Shown here in pieces: positions 1-11,872 of a stretch of DNA of 64,000 nt. Under the pieces are notes generated by a model. It ran no database searches and was not told the DNA's origin. It saw nothing but the letters and a program-made list of their open reading frames with translations. Source of the DNA: Octopus sinensis. Lineage: Eukaryota. The position numbers and the translations under genes are program-made. The DNA lies in NCBI RefSeq assembly GCF_006345805.1, contig NC_043024.1, positions 16,554,001 through 16,618,000 on the forward strand, written 5' to 3'. Each line of letters begins with the position of its first letter. Positions within the stretch are counted from its first letter, which is position 1.

Positions 1-1276
1 CACACACAGATAGACAATGCACTCTCCTGTGGGTCATGACCATATAATATTATAATCACACCATGTTTCTGTTTCAAAACGTATGGCGGCAGTCTCTGTG
101 GAGTCTCTATTATTTTCATAAATTTCCTAAATATATACAACTGCAGCAATGTGTTGTATCTGCGGGATATCGCATATACATCATCTTTTATATACAAAAT
201 ATGATGACAATAATATGGAAGGTTGTGTTGTGTTCATTGAATATTCATATCCAAAGTTTTGTATACAAACAGACATCAGAAATGACTCAGGACATGTCTG
301 TGCACTAAACTTTATGGCCAGAAACATTGGTAATTTCTATAGTTATGTAAATTCAATTGTTTCATATCATTTCTTCTTTGTTCTAATCATTACACTGTGG
401 CCATACTGTGGCACCACCTTTGGGGAATGTAGTGTTTCATGATGATTCCAGGACAGATTTTAGTGGTTTACAGTTATTGCAGACACATGGACATATATGA
501 CAGGCTTCCACACAGTTTCCGTTTTCTTGTTTTACTCACAGGCCTTGGTTGGTGCAAGGCCATAGTCAAAGACATTTGCCCAAGGTGCCACATGAAAATA
601 CTGTTGAATGGAAGACCGCATAGTTGAGAAATAAATTTCCTAATTGCACGGCCATGCCTGTACCTATACATGAGCATGCGTGCGCGCACACACACACACA
701 CACACACACCAAGATATTTAAGATTTGTCAGAATACTTTGAGTGACATTAAATGCATAAATACACCATGGCAATTATTATATTGTTAATAAGAAGCAAGT
801 CCAGCTGATCAAACAACTGTGATACACATTGTGGAAACTGCAAGAAGATCTTCTAATTACATTTGCTTTATAGTCATCTGCTAATTGGTCTTTTAATTAT
901 GTTTATGTCTTTCTCATATGATATCAGATTTAACTATGATCTGCTGCTCTGTCGTTACACTAAAACTCCATATGTGTGTATTGTTACTTTTTAAAAGAAA
1001 GAGAGATGGAAGTTCATGGGAGTATCACAGAGTTATTCTCTCAGGAATTAAAACTGTAGCTTGGTAACTTTGGGGTGCTCAGAGGCAGACACGGATCAAG
1101 TTGAGATATGATCATAGACATTCCAATCATAACCCTCTCACTTTATTTTGGGGCATACTCCATCTAGGTCTTACATTATCCAATATGCTCTCCCCCTCAT
1201 TTCAAAGTTGTTAATATGATTTCTGGTGATATGCAGTGATCAGTCTTATTTGGCCTCATAGATGACATTGTGTTGG

Positions 1277-1560
1277 TCATTTGCATTGTAGACAGTGTTG
1301 ATTATTGGTTACCTGAACACTTACATTTTTGTCACAGACTGGACTGTTCTTTGATCTTTTACTGTGAAATTTATTTTTCTTCAGTGACTTCACTTCTCCA
1401 TAACACACACAGCAGATTTTAAGCATCCGGTTTCTAGTTTCACAGTCACAACAAATTTGGAGATAGTGTTGCATTGAGGTAATTTTCTTTACTTGTCTGC
1501 TTTCAGTCTTCTGGTCTCAGCTGTCAGTGATATTTATCTATAGCCTACTATTTCTAGCAG
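1277..1560 (-). pseudogene. possible degenerate piggyBac-like transposase C-terminal Cys-rich remnant
   Basis: Minus-strand frames give KICCVCY...VTKCKC...HCLQC, a Cys spacing reminiscent of the piggyBac C-terminal domain; frameshifted, no TIRs seen. Confidence 0.25.
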
Positions 1561-1722
1561 GCTGCCTTGTTGGCTTGATATTGTATTTTATTCTATGTTT
1601 TGTCAAGGCACAAAACTCTTTTTGTCTCCCTAGCTCTTACAGTCATCGGAAGCTAAGGTTACTGAACAACTGGACACATGATTGTGAGTTCAGACCTTAA
1701 TAATATTTGCGTATTGTCATCA

Positions 1723-2122
1723 GTGCAGGTATGGCTGTGTAGTAAGAAGCTTGCTTCCCAACTACATGGTTCTGGGATCAGTCCCACTGCATGGCACCTT
1801 GGGAAAGTGTCTTGTACTATAGCGTTGGGCCGACCAAAGCAGATTTGGTAGATGGAAACAGAAAGAAGCCTGTTGTATGTATATATATATATATATATGT
1901 ATATATTTGTTTGTGTCAGTATTTGTCCCCCCCCCCACCATCACTTGACAATCAATGTTGGTGTGTTTACCTACCCATAACTCAGTGGTTCAGCAAAAAG
2001 AGACCAATAGAATAACTACCAGACTTACAAAGAATAAGTCCAAGGGGCGATTTCTTCGACTAAAGAGTGGTGCTCAAGCATGGCCACAATCAAAATGACT
2101 AAAGCAAGTAACAGAATAAAAT
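1723..2122 (+). mobile_element. tRNA-derived SINE, family A
   Basis: A-box-like TGGCTGTGTAGTAAG, B-box-like GGGATCAGTCC, body GGCACCTTGGGAAAGTGTCTT, internal (TA)n, tail GGTGCTCAAGCATGGCC...AAATGACT; more than 15 related copies in the window. Confidence 0.9.
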
Positions 2123-2445
2123 AATATATATAAAACACAAAAGATGTCACTGGAAAACCAAATGTTATGTAATGAAGTGCATAAAAATAGTGAACTCAGC
2201 TCTAAGTCCATCACAGCTTATAGCAGAAACATCTGTAAGCTAATGAAGTTCATAACATAATATTTGTTTTTTTCCGGTGCCAACTCTTTGTTTTCTATTA
2301 TCACTCGATACCCATATAACATTGTGTTCTAAAACATATGTATATTGAGTTCTACACCCAGTTAGTAGTCTTGCTATGCCTAAGTGAAATATTAATGTGT
2401 GTGTGTGTGTGTGGTTTGTGTCTGTTTACCCTCACCCCATCCCCA

Positions 2446-2735
2446 TGAGTGTGGTCATTGCCAGTGCCGCTGGACTGGCTCCCGTGTAGGTAGCACATAA
2501 AAACACCTTTTGAGTGTGATCGTTGCCAGAACCGCCTGACTGGCCCTCATGCCAGTGACATGTAAAAAGCACCCACTACACTCTCGGAGTGGTTGGCTTA
2601 AGGAAGGGCATCTAGCTGTAGAAACTTTGCCAGATCAGATTTAGCCTGGTGTAGCCTCTGGCTCACCAATCCTCAGTCAAACCATCCGGCCCATGCCAGC
2701 ATGGAAAGCGGATGTTAAACAATGATGATGATGAT
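2446..2735 (+). mobile_element. RTE LINE 3' UTR fragment with (GAT)n tail
   Basis: Reverse complement of the 3' UTR next to the RT ORF at 56995-57600; ends ATGTTAAACAATGATGATGATG. Confidence 0.85.
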
Positions 2736-2744
2736 ATATAAATA

Positions 2745-2781
<37 letters not shown>

Positions 2782-3381
2782 CAGAGGCTTTCTGCAAAGT
2801 TCAGTCAGAGGCCATGCAATAGAACGACCTGGGTGGTGAAGATGCTGTACAGTGGGGTCAAACATGGAAACCATGTACTTCACTCGTGTTTTGAGCCCAC
2901 GCAGTTCATGGCCTGTTCAGATTGAAAAATCTTATCCAATCAGTAAGCATTTTATTTAAAGATATACAAAGAAAAGCATGTCAAAAAGTATAAAATAAAA
3001 TACAGAACTGAGCAATGGAAATGTGAATATAAAATGTCTAATGGAAATTGTTTCAGAATTTCCATTTAAAGATCGGATTGCAAAATTTCATCTTTAAACT
3101 GTTGTTTGCTGGTTCTGTTTTACTTTTTATTCCTTTATTTCTCATCTCATCGTTATTCTTTTGGTGGTGATGATAGTAATGGATGATGATGATGGTGGTG
3201 GTGGTGGTGTTGGTGGCGATGATAATCATCCTCATTACTATTGTTCTCTCCAGATAAAGGCATAACAGAAGAGCTGAAGATGATGGTATTGCCCATAAAA
3301 TTTCTCTTAGAGGTTCTGTGTGTATGTGTGTATGTGTTTATATGTGTGCTCTTATGTGTATGTATGTATATTTATATATAC

Positions 3382-3582
3382 TTTTATTCTTTTAGATGTT
3401 TCAGCTATTTGACTGCGGCCATGCTGGAGTACCACCTTAAAGGGTTTTTTAGTCAAAGAAATTGACTCTAAGACTTATTCTTTGTAAACTTGTATTTATT
3501 CTGTCAGTCTCTTTTGTCAAACCACTAAGTTATGGGGATGTAAGTACTCTAACATTGATTTTTAAGCAATAGTGGGGGACAA

Positions 3583-3618
<36 letters not shown>

Positions 3619-4710
3619 CATCATCATCATCATCATTTAACGTTCATTTTCCATGCTAGCATGGGTTGGACGGTTCGACCGGGGTCTGGGAAGCCAGGGG
3701 CTGCACCAGGCTCCAGTCTGATCTGGCAGTGTTTCTACAGCTGGATGCCCTTCCTAATGCCAACCACCCCGCGAGTGTAGTGGGTCCTTTTTACGTGCCA
3801 CCGGCACAGAAGCCAGTCAAGGCAGTGCTGGCAACGGCCACGTTTGGATGGTGCTTTTGGCATCGGCCACATTCGGATGGTGCTTTTTATGTGCCACCGG
3901 GACAGAAGCCAGTCGAGGCGGAGCTGACAACGGCCACGTTCGGATGGTGCTTTTTATGTGCCACCGGCACAGGTATCACAACTACTATTTCGATTGATAT
4001 TTATTTTGGTGTTCATGTACTTGACTCAACAGGTCTCCTCAAGCACAGCGGGATGTTCTGGAATCCAGGGTACTTTGAATGGGCAGGGGCTATGCGTAAC
4101 TGGTGCAGGAAGCAGCCCGGGTCTTTACAGTCACAGCATATCTCCAGAGATCTCGGTCCTTCGCCTTTGCCTCAGTGAGGCCCAACGCTCTGAGGTCATG
4201 CTTGACTACCTCATCCCATGTCTTCCTGGGTCTACCTCTCCCCCTGATACCTTCAACTGTTTGGGAGTGGCACTTCTTCACACATCTCTCCTCATCCACC
4301 ATCGCAAGCGTCGCTCTTGCACACCACATCTGATGCTTCTTATGTCCAGCATTTCTCTCAGAGTGCTTACCCTCTGTCGTGTGCGCACACTGACATTACA
4401 CATCCAGCGGATCATGCTAGCTTCATTCCTTTCAAGCCTACGCATGTCCTCTGCAGTCACAGTCCATGTTTCACTACCGTGAAGCATGGTGGTTCGCACA
4501 TATGCGTCATACAATCTACCTTTCACTTTGAGCGAGAGACCCTTTGTCGCCAGTAGGGGTAACGATGGGCTTCTTTCAGTTTCCATCTACCAAATCCACT
4601 CACAAGGCTTTAGTTGGCCCGAGGCTGTAGAAGAAGACACTTGCCCACGGTGCCATCCAGTGGGACTGAACCCGCAACTATGTGGTTGGGAAGCAAGCTT
4701 CTTACCACAT
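3382..4710 (-). mobile_element. SINE family A split by an RTE insertion
   Basis: 3' half at 3382-3610, 5' half at 4562-4710, RTE fragment between them inside the internal microsatellite. Confidence 0.8.
3617..4560 (-). mobile_element. 5'-truncated RTE LINE (RT C-terminus and 3' UTR)
   Basis: Minus-strand translation KGRLYDAYVRTTMLHGSETW...VEGIRGRGRPRKTW; (CAT)n tail at 3618-3636. Confidence 0.92.
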
Positions 4711-4779
4711 ATCCCCTCTATACAAATACTGAATCCTTATTTGCAATATGGATTTTGCAGCTCCATATTAAGCATATTT

Positions 4780-4810
<31 letters not shown>

Positions 4811-4870
4811 TCTTTTATTCTTTTATATGTTTTAGCTTTGAGGCTGTGGCCATGCTGGGGCACTGCTATT

Positions 4871-5200
4871 AAGCTTGCTTACCAACCACATGTTTACAGG
4901 TTCAGTCCCACTGCATGGCACCTTGGGCAAGTGTCTCCTACTATAGTGTCGGGCTGACCAAAGCCTTGTGTGTGGATTTGGTAGGCGGAAACTGAAAGAA
5001 GCCTTTCGTATATGTGTGTGTGATTGTCCCCCACCATCACTTGACAACCGATGCTGGTGTGTTTATGTCCTTGTAACTTAGCGGGACGTACGAGACCAAT
5101 AAAATAAGTACTAGGCTTAATAACTCCTGGGGTCGATTTGCTCGACTAAAGGCAGTGCTCCAGCATGACCGCGGTCAAATGACTGAAACAAATAAAAGAA
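4871..5200 (+). mobile_element. SINE family A
   Basis: Matches family A body and tail; an inverted tail fragment lies at 4812-4868. Confidence 0.85.
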
Positions 5201-6495
5201 TATATATATATATATATATACATACATACTTACATACATACATACATACCTGTTAGCTTGTTAAAAAATATATATTAGCAACAAAAATATATATTAGCAA
5301 GTGGTAGAGTTAGTTTCCTATCTCTCTCAGTATGTGTGTGTGTGTGTGTATTAAGGCCCTGGAAGCTAAGAAAGATGTAGTATTTCCAATGCAGCACTCA
5401 ACAACAGCTTGAGGCAATCTACACTCTTGAGTTATAGTCTTGAAGTAAGATTGAAATCCTTCAGGTGTAGAAAATCCATGTGTAATATTGGTTAAACTGG
5501 TGTGTGGGTTTAGCGAAAAGTAAAATATTGCCCAAATAAGAAGACAAAGAGTTTAGCGCAGTTTTAGTGATTGTTTACCAACTCTGTTTTTGATGTCCGT
5601 TCCTGCAAAAATTCTGTGCAAAAAGTTACATAATATTGCAGTTTTAAACATCAGAGTGGCACACCGTCAGAGTGTGTCACAAGTGCCACTCTTACATAGC
5701 TCATCTGCCAAGCATTGTGTTTTACTTGTCTTGGGAGGAAAGAAGTATAAATAAAGATGAAAATAAAATTGTGAGTAGATGGGCAGGGCAAATACAATGT
5801 AAATGCTAAAATAGATAAAAAATATGGTTAGTGAGAGGAGGAGGAAGAAAATAGAGGAAGAAGTAGAAGAGGAAAAAGTAGAAGGAAAATATGAGGATTA
5901 AGTTGGAGAAGAAGAAGGAGAAAGAAAGAAAACAAATGGAGAAGAAAGAAGAGGAAATATGTGATATAAAGAGTAAGGTGGGCTAATAATAAGCAATCCA
6001 ACCTCTTTGGGAACCAAGTGATAATGGATAAAGCAAGTATAGTAATTTCATTAGTCTTTACGAATCTCTGAGCCTGGGGTTACATCTTTGCATAGACCAG
6101 ACCCACTCTGTGTATCATACTATGGATAGTTAATCCTCATTCCCATTGTTTCCATTTTGTTCAACATATTGTTGGCATTGGTGGATATGAACCAGGAGAC
6201 CTTCAGCTTCATCAAATAGTACAATAAACCAACTCTCTCTTTCTCACCTGGAGCAGGATATTTGATCATTTCTTCTTTTATTCTTTTACCTGTATCAGTC
6301 ATTTGTATCAGTCATCCTGGAGCACCACCTTGACGGTGTTTTAGTCAAAACAAATCGACCACAGGACTTGTTCTTTAAGCCCAGTAATTGTTCTATCAGA
6401 CTCTTTTGCCAAACCGCTAAGTTATGGGAATGTAAACACACCAACACCAGTTGTCAAGTGGTGATGGGTGACAAACACAGATACACATGCACTTA

Positions 6496-7109
6496 TGAAG
6501 GAAAATCAAAAATTATCCACACTTCACCATACCATATCTTTATTATTGTCACATTACTTTTTGTACACTCATGCTTATAGTTGGTACTATTGTGGTCATG
6601 TAGTCGAAGTTTGGCCTGATTGTAAGCATGACTGCTCCACTAACAAGGTGCACCAAAGAGGAACAAAGAGCAGTGACCTAAGAAATGGTAATGGTGAACT
6701 GGTTCATCATTACCATCTCTGAAGCTTGCTGAATCTTCTCATCAGTGGTGGAGGTTGACAGGCATTCTGTTCCCTCTTCATGCATCATGCTTGTCCAGCC
6801 ACTTTCAAAACTTTTCTATCCTAACTTTTCTCTCCACTCATACACACTTCTATGTGGTAGTGCACTGTCCCTGTGTTGTGCTAAAAGCCTTCAATGAATT
6901 TCAGCACCTGATACACCTTCCAACCAGATAAATCGGATCACTGATCTTTGTTCTTCTTCAGTGCACTTTGCTAATGGAGCAGCCATGCTTACACTGTAAA
7001 GCCAGAAAGAAAACTGATACGGTCAGGCTCAAACTTTGTGCAGAAGGCAGTGTGACAATCATAAAGATATGTTATGGTGAAAATGCGGATAATTTTTGAC
7101 TTCTCCTCA
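6496..7109 (-). mobile_element. mariner-derived non-autonomous element with two facing 5' ends
   Basis: TA flanks; TIRs TGAAGGAAAATCAAAAATTATCCAC and GCGGATAATTTTTGACTTCTCCTCA; minus strand gives MAAPLAKCTEEEQRSVIRFIWLEGVSGAEIH*...SVYEW (mariner N-terminal HTH). Confidence 0.85.
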
Positions 7110-7407
7110 TATATACATATATAGGAATTTTTTGCATAATGAGATAAAAAACCAAGGCTGTGTAGATATTAGAACGTTTATAGATAAAAGCCTTGGTTTT
7201 TTTTATCTCATTACGCAAAAAATTCTTATATACACATGCTGACATGACCAATGTTGAACCCTTTATTCGCAAAATTACCGAACCTGGAACTTAACTATGG
7301 TCTGTCTATAGTACTTATTCAGCATTAGCTGACACCTTTGGGTCTCAATGACACCATTACCTCTTATAACCTATATATATATATATATGTATATATCCAT
7401 ATATGTC

Positions 7408-7700
7408 GAGGCGCAATGGCCCAGTGGTTCGGGCAGCGAACTCACGGTCATAGGATCGCGGTTTCGATTCCCAGACCGGGCGTTGTGAGTGTTTATTGAG
7501 CGAAAACACCTGAAGTTCCACGCGGCTCCTGCAGGGGTTGGTGGCGATCCCTGCTTTACTCTTTTGCCACAACTTTCTCTCACTCTTTCTTCCAGCGGGG
7601 TGGCATCATTTGAAGGCTAAAACAATGCGAAGCGCATTGTGACCAGCGATGTGTAGCAACATCTGATGACCTGGTCGGTCACGGTGATCACGGTGATATC
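7408..7700 (+). mobile_element. young CpG-rich tRNA-derived SINE, family D
   Basis: A box TGGCCCAGTGG, B box GTTTCGATTCC, ends in (CACGGTGAT)2; flanked by TA-rich repeats. Confidence 0.8.
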
Positions 7701-8384
7701 CATATACATATATATATACATATATATATGATGGGCTTCTTTTGGTTTCTCTCTACCAAATCCACTCACAAGGTTTTGGTCGTCCCGAGGCTATAGTAGA
7801 AGACACTTGCCCAAGGTGCCATGTAATGAGATTGAGCCTGGAACCATGTGGTTCGGAAGCACACTTCTTACTACACATCCATGCCTGCACCTATTCTTCA
7901 CCTTTCCAATACAGTGACTTTTAATATCTACCCTAGTAATTAACAAGCTAATTATTAAGCATTCTCTCTTTCCTATTCACACTATAATTCATAATTTAAT
8001 TTGTGTTTTTAATCATTTGCTTTCAGCTGTTATAAGAGCTTGTTCCCTATTTGTTTTAATTTTACTTTATTTCATTCTAAACTCTCTTCTTTTACTATTA
8101 GCATCTTAAATAAATAATTAAAAACCTACTCTAGTTTCTTCCATTAGCTTTTTATTTTATAATTAATTCCTTGCTGCCCACCTCACCTCATTAACTTAAT
8201 ATTTTTATGCCTTGGCATATGGGATTCTAAGGTCACCAGGAAGCATTCTGCTTAACCTCAGCACTACCCCACCCCACCCCATTCCGCCTATCCATTCTAC
8301 TTCTACTACTAGTGTCGTATCTCCTAACTTCATTTTGTCATTATCATCATTACTGTCGCTTGAATTCCAACTATTCTTGCTGTC

Positions 8385-8530
8385 ATTACATTCTGAGTTC
8401 AAATTCCATCAGCTTTGCCTTTCATCCTTTTGGGGTCTATAAAATAAAGTAGCAGTTGAGCACTGGGGATTGATGTAATTGACTTTGCCCCACCCCTCCA
8501 ACTTGGTGGTCTTGTGCTAAAATTTGAAAA
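8385..8530 (+). mobile_element. SINE family B fragment (tail type 2)
   Basis: TTCTGAGTTCAAATTCC...TTTGCCTTTCATCCTTTTGGGGTC...CTTGTGCT. Confidence 0.7.
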
Positions 8531-9027
8531 CATCATCATTATTATTATCATTATTGTAAAAGTGGTAACCTGGCAGAATCATTAGCATGCTGGATGAAAC
8601 CACAGTGGACAACAGTATTCAGGGTGAGAAGACAATGATAATGTTAAAAGCATTTCCTCACTGAAAAGTCCTGAGGATCCGGAAGCAAACCCTGCTGGCC
8701 ATGTTGACTTGGTTGTTTATATGGGTACTCTAGCTTAAGTTGATGTCAGCAACTCTGAGGTTACTTGCAGTATTTGATGCCATGAGGTTTTGGTTCAAAG
8801 GAAGAGTGCAGCCTCTTTACCAAAGAGGATTAATTCAGATTAATTCTTGTTTAGCTGCATATTGTGTTTGTCCATCCATGGGACGAATAACAGTGAGCGG
8901 GTCTGATGTATACCAAAACAGAAGACTAGAAACATTTTATCTACTTTTCAAAATATAGCAAATGTTTTCACTCTTCTGTTTTGATATGTAATTACTCTAC
9001 AAATTGAATTCACCAGAAATTTCAAAT

Positions 9028-9138
9028 ATCTATCTGTCTGTCTGTCTGTCCGTCCGTCCATCCGTCTGTCCTTCTATCTATCTATCTATATATCTATCCA
9101 TCCATCCATCCATCTATCCCTCTCTCTCTATCTATCTG

Positions 9139-9186
<48 letters not shown>
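9028..9186. repeat. compound (TCTG/TCCA/TCTA)n microsatellite
   Basis: Read directly; continues as (TCTA)n(GCCT)n(TCCT)n at 10207-10328 beyond the LINE insertion. Confidence 0.95.
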
Positions 9187-9187
<1 letters not shown>

Positions 9188-10206
9188 TCTATAGGGGTTT
9201 AGTGGAGGGGAGGTACGACGACGAGCTCGGGGCGAACCTGGACGTCGACGAGGAGTACCTGACCCGCCTGTTCGGGACGACTTTCGGGCCAGGGCCCATG
9301 GACAACTTCCAGAGATCCCTGGCCTGGCAGTGCTACCGAGAAGCGCTACCCGTTCGGGATAAGCTCTACAGACACGGCTCGAGAAACACGGGGCCGACCT
9401 GCCCGAGATGCGGTCAGAGCGACGAAACCGTCTGCACGCACTCGTTCAGTGTCCAACAATTTCCGACCTGTGGGCTTATGTCGAACAACTGCTGTCACGT
9501 GTGGGACGAGTCGGTTTATCAGCTGAGTCTATCGTCAATATTGTCACGCCTCCTTCCTTCAAACGGGAAGGAAGAGCTATTTTCATCATCCTTGTGGCTA
9601 TGGCGAAAGAATGTATCTGGTGGACGCGTCTGAAAGGATTGGAGACAAACACTTTCCTCTCTGGTCAATCTCTCATCAACTTCTTCAAGTACCACTTGAA
9701 AAGGAAAGTGAGAGTAGAGAGGCAAGTTTTGTCTAGCGAATGTTTTAAAAAAAGATGGGTGAATGTAGCAAGAATGGCACGTATGAATGACGAAGCCACC
9801 TTGAGCATAGTCCTATGAACCCAGAAATCGAAAACAGAGAGTTGCTTATTTGCAAAAAAAAAAAAAAAAAAAAAAGAAATATAAAATGTGACTTCATTGA
9901 CCGAGGTTACCGTGGTCTTTTCCGTAGGCTTTTCTTTCCACGAGTAAACCTCACCTGTCCTCCCCTTTACACTTCATTTTGACATTTCTGTGATAACGAT
10001 CCCTATTGATCAATTTTTTTTCCTCTCCCCCTTTTTTTTTTTTTTTAACCCCCCTTTTTTTTGTCCTCTTTCTCTCCTTTTACGATCCCTTTTGATCGAA
10101 ACTCACCCTTCCTTTTTTTTTTTTTTTTTTTTAAACCTTCAAAAGAAAAGCTCTACCTTGTAATTTGTTCTATCTGTGTGCAGCCCTGTGTGGCTAATAA
10201 AGAAAC
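9187..10206 (+). mobile_element. 5'-truncated Tx1/L1-clade LINE (ORF2 C-terminal zinc-knuckle region and 3' UTR)
   Basis: AWQCYREALPVRDKLYRHG...TCPRCGQSDETV/LHALVQCPTISDLW is a CX2C...HX4C motif (zf-RVT-like) with one frameshift near 9430; stop at 9816-9818; A/T-tract 3' UTR ending AATAAAGAAA; CpG-rich. Confidence 0.85.
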
Positions 10207-10207
10207 A

Positions 10208-10292
<85 letters not shown>

Positions 10293-10327
10293 TCCTTCCT
10301 TCCTTCCTTCCTTCCTTCATTCCTTCC

Positions 10328-10472
10328 TAACTTAGTAGTCTGGCAAAAGCGACCGATAGAATATGTAACCGGGCTTAATAAAAAATAAGTGCTGGGGTCA
10401 ACTAAAAATTCTTTAAGATGGTGCTCCAGCGTGGCCACAGTCAAATGACTGAAACAAGTAAAAGATAAAGGA
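10328..10472 (+). mobile_element. SINE family A 3' part
   Basis: TAACTTAGTAGTCTGGCAAAAG...GTGCTCCAGCGTGGCCACAGTCAAATGACTGAAAC. Confidence 0.8.
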
Positions 10473-11000
10473 TATACATACATACATATATATGTGTGTA
10501 TATATATATATATATGTATAAGGAAAAAGGTATTAAAAAATCCAGGCCGGTAGCAATAAAGCAGTCAGTTTTAAATGAATTTGGTTAATTACATCTAACA
10601 ATCAAACACCAATTATAGCAGCCCATAAGTGGAGAATTAAGGAATATCACAACTCAAAATCTGTAAACAAGAGTTAAATCAATTGTGGGAATTGTGAAAG
10701 TAACTCTCATGATAATTTCTCTTGAACTAGATTTCAATTCTTTAAGTAAAAGTAATTCCGACACTGATAACACAGTTAAGTTGATACCTAGTTTTAATAT
10801 TAATTATAATGATTATAATAATAATGATCCTGCCTTAACACCTAATTCTGTAGGAATTCTTTTAACCGCCAGTAGCAAATACGAGTAAATGCTTGTGTAA
10901 CTGTAAAACCATAGTGTATCAATGTAAGGTAATAACAGAAGATCATAAGTATTATTACAATTTGGAGATCTGGTTTTCATAATCATTCTCATTCATTTAA

Positions 11001-11220
11001 CCCTTTAGCATTCAGATTATTCTGTAAAATGTAAAGCTTATGTATTCACACCATGTAAAATTAATCTTGCATCATTTCATGGCTTTGAGATTTCAATGAT
11101 GTGATTGTTTATTTTTAAAATGGCACAATAAGATAGCTACGAATGACCATATCTGACTAGTTTGAACATAGAACAGATAGAATATTTTGGCCGGATATGG
11201 CCGGTTTAAACACTAAAGGT
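11001..11220. mobile_element. piggyBac-type MITE, family P1
   Basis: TTAA at 10997-11000 and 11221-11224; termini CCCTTTAGCATT and AACACTAAAGGT; homologous copies near 16569, 51960 and 60018. Confidence 0.8.
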
Positions 11221-11571
11221 TTAAGTATAGAAAAAAAGGTAATCCTACAAATCTTAGTAAATGCATTTGGGATTTAAAAGACAGGAACTTTAATTAGTAT
11301 GATTTAAAGTGGCCCATTATTAGTTACACACCATCATACAATATTGGCAATTCTGCATGTGATCTTTGCCTTAAAAAATGTATTATATAACTACTTAATA
11401 TTATTGAATTTTAATGGTAATTTCACAAAGAAATGTTCTCACAAATTTCAGAAAGCATTTAAATATTTCACTTCTTAATCATAATTGTTTTTCATATATT
11501 ATATAATCAACATAATTTTTCTAAAAATATTTAGTAGGTTTAATAAATAAATAACTAATTGTCATGATGTA

Positions 11572-11872
11572 TGAAGGCTCATGGCTCATTGTTTAGAGCG
11601 TTGAGCTTACGATTGTTGTGTTCTTGAGCAAGACACTTTATTTCATGTTGCTCCAGTTCACTCAGCAGTAGAAATTAGTTGTGGTGTCACAGGTACCAAG
11701 CTGTATTGGCCCCTTTGCCTTTCCCTTGGATACCATCAGTGGTGTGGAGAGGGAAGGCTGGTATGCATGGGCAACTGCTGGCCTTCCACAAACAGCCTTG
11801 CCTGGACTTGTGCCTCGGAGGGTAACTTTCTAGGTGCAATCCCATGGTCATTGATGACCAAAGGGTGTCTCC
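11572..11872 (+). mobile_element. tRNA-derived SINE, family C (CORE-like central domain)
   Basis: TTGTGTTCTTGAGCAAGACACTTTATTTC...CAGTTCACTCAGC; copies at 45710 and 53560. Confidence 0.8.

Larger units (their letters stand above)
6270..7890 (-). mobile_element. SINE family A interrupted by three nested insertions
   Basis: 3' half 6270-6490, 5' half 7730-7890; a mariner derivative, an inverted-repeat segment and SINE D lie between. Confidence 0.75.

Noticed and set aside
63-442. Possible exon or ORF (MCCICGISHIHH...) between CTGCAG at 146 and GTAATT at 330
   Set aside because: Weak acceptor, no recognisable domain, no supporting neighbouring exon
8655-8700. Hammerhead-like CTGAAAAGTCCTGAGGATCCGGAAGC
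   Set aside because: Neither CUGANGA nor GAAA is intact and stems I and III cannot be formed
10520-10960. Possible Penelope GIY-YIG C-terminal remnant on the minus strand (LSVSELLLLKELK)
   Set aside because: Only a vague motif resemblance; it cannot be supported without a search
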